Part shown: one piece after another, positions 47,100 through 54,860 of the stretch
Position numbering within the stretch: the first letter of the stretch is position 1
Layout: every line of letters starts with the position of its first letter
IMG/VR virus record: IMGVR_UViG_3300029258_002326
Span: 32,001 to 96,000 of that record
Length of the DNA stretch: 64,000 nucleotides
Reading direction: 5' to 3' (one strand)
From: a virus
Lineage: Duplodnaviria > Caudoviricetes
Notes under the pieces: generated by a model
What the model was told of the DNA's origin: nothing
Seen by the model: only the letters and a program-made list of their open reading frames with translations
The model's database searches: none
Made by a program: the position numbers and the translations under genes

Positions 47100-47297
47100 A
47101 TGAGGTTGAATGTTGAAATCAAGGGCGTCGTATACGAGGAGTTTACTCGGTACTGTGCCTCGGAGGGAAGATCCCTTAGCGACGTAGTTAGATCGCTGGT
47201 TATCGGTTGGAATGCAGACAAGCGGTCAGAGGAAATGCTAAAAATGCAGTCGTTACAAATGGCTGAGTTGAAAAATTCGGAGGAAAGATCGAGATGA
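47100..47297 (+). CDS. Ribbon-helix-helix-like small DNA-binding protein
   Basis: RLNVEI..VYEEFTRYCASEGRSLSDVVRSLV pattern. Confidence 0.7.
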   Translation: MRLNVEIKGVVYEEFTRYCASEGRSLSDVVRSLVIGWNADKRSEEMLKMQSLQMAELKNSEERSR

Positions 47298-48163
47298 CAG
47301 ATTCCAAGATTGAGGTTGTTGGTAGCAAGGTTGACGAGGCGCCAGTTGACGCTGAAAACACCGTCGTTGATGTTGGAAAGACCAAGGGACACGCTCTGGA
47401 TGCTGGCCCAGGAACGATCACTGTAGATCTTCCGTGCGGGTGTATCCACGGAGAAGACCTGCACAGGACGATCACGTTCAAAGAGATGACCGGCAAAGAG
47501 GAGGATCTTCTCGGTGGGACAGGGGATCTGGTCGAGCGATTGAGTCAGGTCATTATCAACTGTACGCTTCGGGTGGGCTCCATTGATGACCGTAAAGTCA
47601 TCTCCAACATGGTGGCTCAGATGTCTTCCTCGGATCGCCTGATCTCGCTTATCGCGATCCGCAGGCTTTCTCTAGGTGATCACTACGACGTTTCGATCAC
47701 TTGCCCGAAGGAGTCATGCGGAACCAAGAGTCGATTCACTCTGGATATTTCAGGGCTAGAGATTTCTCCTATGCCTAATCCAATGGTTCGGACGATGAGC
47801 CAGGAGATGTGTACAGGTGCTGTGTACACGTGGCATGTTATGGTTGCGAAGGACGAGTCCTGGTTACAGGGAATGAAGCGTTCTCTCCGAAACGAGAGCC
47901 CGTTCACAATGGCTATGTTGTCCCGTATCGACAAGGTTGATGACGTCGTTATCGACAGAAACACTCCTCGCGGGACCAAGCAGGCTATTGAGTTTTTACA
48001 GGATCGTCCGTCTCGTGAGCGGAATCAGTTCCGTGAGGTGTATCCCCAGATGGAGGGGAGTGTCGATACAGATGTAGAATTCACGTGCCCGGCTTGCCAG
48101 GCTCAGTGGGAATCTGAGTTAAACGTTGGCAATCCGTCTTTTTTCTTCCCGTCGGTCAAGTAG
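47294..48163 (+). CDS. Tail/baseplate-hub assembly chaperone (T4 gp26-like); -1 frameshift product extends to 48339
   Basis: LP.G, EMTGKEEDLL, DR..LIAIRRLSLG..Y..CP..CG, CPAC, ending FFFP; upstream of the tape measure. Confidence 0.8.
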   Translation: MTDSKIEVVGSKVDEAPVDAENTVVDVGKTKGHALDAGPGTITVDLPCGCIHGEDLHRTITFKEMTGKEEDLLGGTGDLVERLSQVIINCTLRVGSIDDRKVISNMVAQMSSSDRLISLIAIRRLSLGDHYDVSITCPKESCGTKSRFTLDISGLEISPMPNPMVRTMSQEMCTGAVYTWHVMVAKDESWLQGMKRSLRNESPFTMAMLSRIDKVDDVVIDRNTPRGTKQAIEFLQDRPSRERNQFREVYPQMEGSVDTDVEFTCPACQAQWESELNVGNPSFFFPSVK

Positions 48164-48339
48164 ACGTTCTCGAAAGCGAGATCTTCTTCCTGATCGAGAT
48201 TCAAGGTTATGGGTACTCTGACGCAATGTCGATACCCTGGAGCAGAAGGAAGAGATTCGTTGAAAAAATGCAAGAGAACATTCGCAGACAGCAAGCCTCG
48301 ACTGGATCGGCGGGCGGAAGACCGAGACGCAGGCGATAA
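48139..48339 (+). CDS. -1 frameshift extension of the tail chaperone (lambda G/GT-type)
   Basis: Slippery T TTT TTC at 48139-48145; the -1 frame reads LPVGQVDVLESEIFFLIEIQGYGYSDAMSIPWSRRKRFVEKMQE...RRRR to TAA 48337-48339. Confidence 0.8.
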   Translation, partial: FFLPVGQVDVLESEIFFLIEIQGYGYSDAMSIPWSRRKRFVEKMQENIRRQQASTGSAGGRPRRRR

Positions 48340-48353
48340 CGAACTCAAGTTCG
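48340..48353 (-). repeat. Dispersed palindromic motif, copy 7 (reverse)
   Basis: CGAACTCAAGTTCG, immediately after the frameshift-product stop. Confidence 0.9.
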
Positions 48354-48365
48354 CAGGGGGACTGA

Positions 48366-51300
48366 ATGGCTGATTTCCTCGGAGCATCATTTGGTTTTGG
48401 CGCAATGGACGTCGGGTTTAAGGCCGCCATGTCCTCGGCTATCAAGTCCGTGGGCGAGATTAGCAAGGGCATAAATGGCCAGCTGAAAGACGGCAAGAAG
48501 CTCAGCAGGATGTGGCAGGGCGTCAAGTCGAGCGTTGATTCATTCAATATCGCCTCTATTGCCTCGAACATGAACGAGCTAAACGGGAACACAGGCAACC
48601 TGTCGAATAGTCTTGAATCGATGGGAGTGTCGATGGCCCAGGCTGCGAAGCCGATCATCGCCGGTATGGATTTGACGTCCAAAGAGGCTCGCAAGATGAC
48701 TGGCCGGGTCACGGGCATGGCGATAGGTCTCAACGTCGGAGCCGAACAAGTGGCCGAGACGCTGAGGGCGATCCACAGTGCCGGTGGGCCTGCGAAGGCA
48801 GCGATTGATGCGATGGCCATGTCTGAGCGGGATTGGGTCAAGGTCACTACCACTACGGGCGTGACCATGCAGGACTTCTCTGCTGTGCTTGGCGATATGA
48901 CTGCCAGTTGGGGCGCGTCTCCGAAGCAAGCGGCTGCCATGATCGACAATATAATGGCCATTGGGAAGCAAGCTGGAATCGGGGAACACGGTATTAAGGG
49001 CATGAAGGGTCAGCTTGATGCGTTGGACGACATCTTCGAGGGGATGCCTCCTGGCATTGCTCGGACAGCGGATGAGGTCCAGAGTCTCATGGAGTCGACC
49101 TATAAATTATCTGGTGTCTTCAGGACAATGGGTGACACGCAGGAAGATGCGACTGCGCGGGGGCAAGACACAGCCAAGATGTTCGCAGAGCAGGCGACGC
49201 TGATTGAAACTCTCTATGCAGTTGGCGGGGATCAAAACCTGGATGAGTCTCCTCTTTTTAGATTCCTTACCCAGCTAGGGATAGGGACGGAGGAGGCGAA
49301 AAGTATCATCATTGACGGGTCCAAAGATGTTGTAGGTGGAGTGTCGAGGATCAATGACGTCTTCGCCAAAATGGGAGGGGACTCTTCTCCACAGGTTGGG
49401 GCTGCCCTTGGTGAGCTATCCAAAGCCATGGGGGCAAGCGCTAGCGGTCTAGGATTTTTGGCTTCGAGCACAACGGTGGGCAGAGACAGACTGAAGGAGA
49501 TGGCCGAAATGACGGTCAGGGGAGAAGGTGCTCTTAGGAGATACGGCAAGTCTGCTCATAGTTCAGGTAGGACATTGCAGGAGAGCATGGACCTTGCGCG
49601 AGAAGGGTTCGAGACACAGTTCCGTGCGATAGGAAGAGCGGATGTGCGCGGCTTCGCCAAGAAGCAGATGAAAGCGTACAAGAGCATGGGCAAGGAACTT
49701 AAACAGCTGGGCGGGGATCCTGTCTGGGGTGGGTTTATCAAGAAGATGTCCATCATGCATCAGATGGGCGCCAAGGGCGTGTTCGAGAGTTTTGCTGATG
49801 ATCTTGATGTGTCCTCTCAGAGAGCAAGAGAGCTAAGTGTCGGTTTCGAGCTTGCGATGAACACGGCCAAACAGCTGTCGTCTGAGTTTGCTCCTGTTAT
49901 GGAGATAATGGGCATGCTCGGGCCTGCGGGCGGCCTTGCCATAGCTGGCGGTATCGCCTCTTATTTCGTGCTTAGTGAGTCTGATCGCAAGGAGATATTC
50001 GGATCGTTCTATCCGGTTATTGATAAAATCGGCAATGCCATAAAGGATCTGTGGAACAAGATTCCATGGGACAAGATAAAGATTGGCTTTGAAGCGGTGA
50101 TGGACAAGATCTCTCTCTATTTTGCGAGGCTATTCGAGCGCATAATGGGCAAGGATTTTGCTGAGAAATTTGGTTTGACGAAGTCCATAAAAGCGATGGA
50201 GAGGGAGCAGGCGGTTAAAACCCAGGCGGATCGCATTAGGAAGGAAGACGCGGCTAAGGCTGCCAGGGGTACTGTGTTTGGTGGTCAGTCGGTTCCGTTG
50301 GCAGACTGGGAGAGGAAGTCTGATTTTGAGATAGGCAAAGAAGCTGAGAAGACGATTCGTATCGGGGAGATGAGGGAGGATGTCAAGAAATACAGTGCGA
50401 GGACGTCGTCTCGTGATTTCGCAAGGAGTGCGGCTGAAGCTGCGGCCAAGGCCAAGGGTGCCAGCGCAGACGAACAGAGAGCGCAGGGGCAGCTGGAAGT
50501 TGACAGGATGATGCTGCTTGAAGAAGCTCAGTCTATCCTCAAGGATACGAGCGGTATGAATATAATTCCCTGGGTAAGGGAGTTCAGGGCGGGTCGGGCA
50601 GTTACCCAGGCTGAGAACATCGGCGGCATGGGGGATCTGTCAAGAAGTACGCAGAAGGAGACGGAGAAGCGCCTTGCCAGCGAAGGGGAGGCAAGGCGGG
50701 CTCACTTTAGAAGAAAAAAAGATCCTGCTGAGGCGGTTCCGGGTATTGCGGACGAGCTGGCGGACTCGGTGGACACTGAGGCGTTACAAGAGAAAGCTAA
50801 GGTTGGCGGGACGGCTGTTCTAGGCTCGTGGGGTGCAGGTGTAAAAGAGGGAACGCCTGATGCTCTCACGGAAATATATGGGGCAATGGGGATACTCGCC
50901 AAGCCATTTGGTGGGTCCTTGCCAGAGGATGGCCCGCTCAAGGACGGCGAGCGGTCATTTAACGGTGGTCGTTCTGTCATGGAATCATTTGCCAACGGCA
51001 TGTATGAGGCCAAGGACTTTGTTGCCGACACGGTTGCGATGGTCCTTGATGATGCTGTTATAGGGACGCTCGATACATACGCAACGAAGATGGAAGAGCT
51101 TGCTGCTGGCAAGTCGCTTCTCAAGGGCGTCGCCAGGAAAATGGTCCAGGACATGGGCGGAGACGTCAAAATGGGCTCGGTAGAAATCGACGGTGTGAAT
51201 CTGGACGCAGAGCAAACGTTTGAAGCGGCGATGAGTCTTCCTGGGCTCGCGAGTGTGGTTGCGGCCATTGCGTCGGACGGTCACAAGACGCGAGTTGTTT

Positions 51301-51395
51301 TGAAGAAAATACAAGAGGACACAAGCGGCATATTGGCGATGGGCAATGCCTCTCCTGGTGCAGGGTCATCGGCAGGGCAGCCGACTTTGGAATAA
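48366..51395 (+). CDS. Tape measure protein
   Basis: 1009-aa Ala/Gly/Met-rich helical ORF between the chaperone and baseplate genes. Confidence 0.85.
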   Translation: MADFLGASFGFGAMDVGFKAAMSSAIKSVGEISKGINGQLKDGKKLSRMWQGVKSSVDSFNIASIASNMNELNGNTGNLSNSLESMGVSMAQAAKPIIAGMDLTSKEARKMTGRVTGMAIGLNVGAEQVAETLRAIHSAGGPAKAAIDAMAMSERDWVKVTTTTGVTMQDFSAVLGDMTASWGASPKQAAAMIDNIMAIGKQAGIGEHGIKGMKGQLDALDDIFEGMPPGIARTADEVQSLMESTYKLSGVFRTMGDTQEDATARGQDTAKMFAEQATLIETLYAVGGDQNLDESPLFRFLTQLGIGTEEAKSIIIDGSKDVVGGVSRINDVFAKMGGDSSPQVGAALGELSKAMGASASGLGFLASSTTVGRDRLKEMAEMTVRGEGALRRYGKSAHSSGRTLQESMDLAREGFETQFRAIGRADVRGFAKKQMKAYKSMGKELKQLGGDPVWGGFIKKMSIMHQMGAKGVFESFADDLDVSSQRARELSVGFELAMNTAKQLSSEFAPVMEIMGMLGPAGGLAIAGGIASYFVLSESDRKEIFGSFYPVIDKIGNAIKDLWNKIPWDKIKIGFEAVMDKISLYFARLFERIMGKDFAEKFGLTKSIKAMEREQAVKTQADRIRKEDAAKAARGTVFGGQSVPLADWERKSDFEIGKEAEKTIRIGEMREDVKKYSARTSSRDFARSAAEAAAKAKGASADEQRAQGQLEVDRMMLLEEAQSILKDTSGMNIIPWVREFRAGRAVTQAENIGGMGDLSRSTQKETEKRLASEGEARRAHFRRKKDPAEAVPGIADELADSVDTEALQEKAKVGGTAVLGSWGAGVKEGTPDALTEIYGAMGILAKPFGGSLPEDGPLKDGERSFNGGRSVMESFANGMYEAKDFVADTVAMVLDDAVIGTLDTYATKMEELAAGKSLLKGVARKMVQDMGGDVKMGSVEIDGVNLDAEQTFEAAMSLPGLASVVAAIASDGHKTRVVLKKIQEDTSGILAMGNASPGAGSSAGQPTLE

Positions 51396-51409
51396 CAGGC
51401 GGGTAAAAA

Positions 51410-51793
51410 ATGGCAATGAAAAGTGATCCTAGTCCTAGAGAGAAGATACTGAGGTCGAGCTACGGATCTCCGATGCAGTTCATGAAAGAGGAGTTGATAC
51501 CCGATGAGGAGACTTCGGCTCTTGTTAGGTTTCGTGGTCCTTTTATTATGCCTGATTGGCAGGACGTGGAAGAGAACGAGTTCGAGTACGTAGTCCAGGA
51601 GAGCTGGAAGCGGCTCGATTCCATCGCCCATGAGGTCTACGGGGATGTTCACATGATGTGGGTTATCGCGGCTCGGAACCACATGGATCTTCCGAGCGCC
51701 CAGGTCTACAAGGGACAGAAGTTGAAGCTGCCTAACCGGGCGTGGGTCGAGAGTAAGCTGCTGCCACAGGGTCGAACTCTCAGGAGCAACTAA
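51410..51793 (+). CDS. Baseplate LysM-like protein (gpX/gp53-like)
   Basis: RLDSIAHEVYGD..MWVIAARN..GQKLKLP. Confidence 0.8.
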   Translation: MAMKSDPSPREKILRSSYGSPMQFMKEELIPDEETSALVRFRGPFIMPDWQDVEENEFEYVVQESWKRLDSIAHEVYGDVHMMWVIAARNHMDLPSAQVYKGQKLKLPNRAWVESKLLPQGRTLRSN

Positions 51794-53134
51794 ATGAGCT
51801 TGTACACGGATCCAGTTGCGCAGGTGATCATTACCGATCATCATACCGGGCAGGAGTGGAAGCTGACCTACCCTGAATTGCCGTACTTGACAGCCGGGAC
51901 TATAAATTACGACAAGGCCAAGATGTCAGGGTTCACGTTCAGCGTTGACATGCCATACGAGAAGGGGCTTGAGCTGCTTAGTCCTCCAAGCCCATTCCAG
52001 CATAACAATATTGTCAAAATGCGCTTTGGGTATCCTACCCAGGGAGCGAGCGGGTGGACACCTTGGGCGGGCGGATTCATCAAGAGCGATGGAGTTAACC
52101 TTACCGCTGACGCCAACGGAATCGCAGGGACTGTGTCTGTCCAGGGGGTTGCTGAGAGCTACGGGTATGACGTTGACGAGGAGAAGCTGAAGGCGGCGGG
52201 CCAGAGTTATCTCAAAATACTAGAGCTATGCGCTGAAGGCATGGGGATGACTTTGAACGCCAGCTTGGACACGGTCATAGCTCTCACAGAGCAGGAGACG
52301 GTAGTAAAGGGGTTGACCAAGGCTGCTTCTGAGAAGGCGTTTCCTTCGCGATTTCTTAGGCTTTCATACGTTGAGATCGTCAAGAAAATGTGCACTGAGC
52401 AGGACTTAACGTTCCTGATAGCTCCCTCTGAGAATGATGAACTGGGAAGAACGCTGCATGTTGGTTCGGAGGCTGACTTCATTCGTGGAGAGCTGGTCAG
52501 TGGAGACGGGGCAACCAGCGACAAGAGGACATACGCTATTCGTGAGGGTATCGATGAGACGAAGTCTGTGTACCCGTGTCTCACTTGGGCGCCGGAAGGC
52601 GGGAACATGGGTCTGTGGTTGGCTTCGGCTCCAGACCCTGTGGCTCGCGGAGCCCAGATGGGTACCCTCAACACGGAGACAGGACAGGTTTCTGTGGAGC
52701 TGGTCAAGCCCAAGGATCTGGAGACCCCTATCTTCGGTGTCACCCCAGGCGGAGATCCCAAGGACGATGTTGCAGAGGGTATCAAGAATGACGAATCTCG
52801 CCCTGATGGATCGGCGGTCACTCAAACAAGTGTCCCGGTCGACAAGGGAGGGGAGGCTCGCGCTAGCAGAGAGCTAAAGAGGAGACAGAAGCAGGGCAAC
52901 CCAACGCAAAACGGAGTGATTACCAGTATTGGGATTCCTCACGAGAGGCCGGGGCATCTCTGCTCCCTTCGTGGAGCTGGCCATATCTACGACGGTCCTT
53001 ATATGATCGACGCAATGACTCACACGTATGCTCCTGGCTCATGGGACATGTCTCTTACTGTGCGCAGGGACGGTGTTGTTGCGAAGAGCGGGGATCAAGA
53101 AGAGTCGATTGGCGGACAGATGGAGGACAAGTAA
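51794..53134 (+). CDS. Baseplate hub protein (gp27/gpD-like)
   Basis: MRFGY, GIP..RPG..L.G.G..YDGPY.I..MTH; synteny. Confidence 0.75.
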   Translation: MSLYTDPVAQVIITDHHTGQEWKLTYPELPYLTAGTINYDKAKMSGFTFSVDMPYEKGLELLSPPSPFQHNNIVKMRFGYPTQGASGWTPWAGGFIKSDGVNLTADANGIAGTVSVQGVAESYGYDVDEEKLKAAGQSYLKILELCAEGMGMTLNASLDTVIALTEQETVVKGLTKAASEKAFPSRFLRLSYVEIVKKMCTEQDLTFLIAPSENDELGRTLHVGSEADFIRGELVSGDGATSDKRTYAIREGIDETKSVYPCLTWAPEGGNMGLWLASAPDPVARGAQMGTLNTETGQVSVELVKPKDLETPIFGVTPGGDPKDDVAEGIKNDESRPDGSAVTQTSVPVDKGGEARASRELKRRQKQGNPTQNGVITSIGIPHERPGHLCSLRGAGHIYDGPYMIDAMTHTYAPGSWDMSLTVRRDGVVAKSGDQEESIGGQMEDK

Positions 53135-54120
53135 TGCCATTTTTAGGCAATAAGGGCTTCGGCTCCAAGGAGATGGTAACGAATCCGATTGGGTGGCTCA
53201 GGGGTGTTTTGTCTGATGCTACCCGTGGTCTAGAGTGGTTTGCTGGGCGTTATTACGGGGTTTACGAGGGACAGGTAATAGATAACCAGGACCCCGAAGA
53301 TCGCGGGCGTGTGCGAGCGTTGTGTCCTGTTATTAAGCTCAACAAGAAAGAGGATGTCAGCGGTGACTTTTGGGCGCTTCCCACGATGCCAGGGTTAGGG
53401 GTAGATCCCGACTCCAAGCAGATGTCCGGGCTCTTTAACCCACCCGATGTGGGGATGAATGTTTGGATAATGTTCCGGCATGGGAACCCGGAGTACCCTG
53501 TTTACATGGGCGGGTGGATGACGGCCAACAAGGCGTCGGATACATTCGATAGCGAGAATACCTACAAGCGCGGGTTTAGAACACGAGCTGGGCACTTCCT
53601 TCGCATGGATGACGACCCCGAGAACTTGGGGATCTTAATCTCGAAGGGCGACGGGGATGGGACACCTACTGCCATGTATCTGAGTATGGATGCAACGGGC
53701 GGGTGTACTCTGACCAATGAAAACGGCTCGACGTTATTCATGAATGGGGAGAAGCCAGAGACATCGATAATGACGGCCAATGAGAGCGGAGAGGTCACGG
53801 CGATGCTCATGCTAGGGGACGACAAGATTACCCTGGCTACTAAGTCCGGAGGCGCGATAGGAATTGACGGCAAGGACACGACGATTACCGGCGACAACAT
53901 GGTGGCTGATATGTCCAAGGAGTTTGTTGCAAATGCAGGGGCGGTGAAGCTGGGTAAAAATGCAACTGAGCCAGCGGTTCGAGGCATGAAGTTCATGCAG
54001 TGGAGTCTGATTCATCAGCACACTATAACGACTCCTACGCCTGGATCTCCCACGGCTACAGGTGCGACCCCTCCTCCCATGATGTACAACGAGCTGAGTC
54101 CTAACGTTTTCATAGGGTAG
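53134..54120 (+). CDS. Baseplate spike (gp5/gpV/VgrG-like, OB-fold)
   Basis: YYGVYEGQVIDNQDPEDRGRV, PDVG..VWIMF..G.PEYPVYMG, C-terminal HQH. Confidence 0.88.
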   Translation: MPFLGNKGFGSKEMVTNPIGWLRGVLSDATRGLEWFAGRYYGVYEGQVIDNQDPEDRGRVRALCPVIKLNKKEDVSGDFWALPTMPGLGVDPDSKQMSGLFNPPDVGMNVWIMFRHGNPEYPVYMGGWMTANKASDTFDSENTYKRGFRTRAGHFLRMDDDPENLGILISKGDGDGTPTAMYLSMDATGGCTLTNENGSTLFMNGEKPETSIMTANESGEVTAMLMLGDDKITLATKSGGAIGIDGKDTTITGDNMVADMSKEFVANAGAVKLGKNATEPAVRGMKFMQWSLIHQHTITTPTPGSPTATGATPPPMMYNELSPNVFIG

Positions 54121-54124
54121 ATGG

Positions 54125-54379
54125 ATGACACTGTGCAAAATACCATCTCTGCCCTCGATTATTCCGGCGATTCCGATTCCATCGGTTCCGTTCGGGCTCC
54201 CTCCGATTCCGAGTCTCCCTTCGATGCCTGATCTTCCGTCGGTCCCGATCCCTGGGTTGCCGTCTCTGAGCCTTCCTTCGTTATCTTTGGCGATCCCGGT
54301 TCCATCGATCCCATTTGGGCTCCCTCCGGTTCCAAAAATCCCGGACATTCCGGACTTGCCGTCGTGTCCGCTGGACTAA
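54125..54379 (+). CDS. Proline-rich small protein
   Basis: 84 aa of P-x-(I/L)-P repeats with one Cys near each end. Confidence 0.55.
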   Translation: MTLCKIPSLPSIIPAIPIPSVPFGLPPIPSLPSMPDLPSVPIPGLPSLSLPSLSLAIPVPSIPFGLPPVPKIPDIPDLPSCPLD

Positions 54380-54389
54380 CACAAACAGT

Positions 54390-54407
54390 GACGAACTTGA
54401 GTTCGTC
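54390..54407 (+). repeat. Dispersed palindromic motif, copy 8
   Basis: GACGAACTTGAGTTCGTC, intergenic. Confidence 0.92.
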
Positions 54408-54422
54408 GGGTAAGGTAAGACG

Positions 54423-54851
54423 ATGCCGATAGCTAACCAACCACCCCCTGTTTCAAGCTCATCCACGAGGATGTCGCTCGCGTTTCCATTCCAGGCCGGG
54501 CCTACATCTTTTCCTGCTATGTCAGATCCAAACATGACGACATTCCACAGGATTGTTTCATTGATAATGACGGGGCCAGGGGAGAGGGTAATGCAGCCTG
54601 ATCTTTTTGTGGATCTTCAGGAATTCATGTTTGAGAATTTGACGCCAATCGTTGCAGCCAGGATAGCTTCATCGGTCTCCAGGGCGATAGGCATCTGGAT
54701 TCCAGAGGCGAAGGTGGAGAATGTCACTGCCGAGATCAAGGACACGAATGACAAGACGCAGTCTACGATCCTCATAGGCATAGACTACGTAGAGGCGAAC
54801 CAGTCTGTATCAGTCCAGGTTCCGTTAACCGTTGGTATCACTACCCCGTAG
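54423..54851 (+). CDS. Baseplate wedge/sheath initiator (gp25-like)
   Basis: LAFPF, TGPGERVMQP, FENL, AI..WIP. Confidence 0.85.
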   Translation: MPIANQPPPVSSSSTRMSLAFPFQAGPTSFPAMSDPNMTTFHRIVSLIMTGPGERVMQPDLFVDLQEFMFENLTPIVAARIASSVSRAIGIWIPEAKVENVTAEIKDTNDKTQSTILIGIDYVEANQSVSVQVPLTVGITTP

Positions 54852-54860
54852 GAGTTAGTT

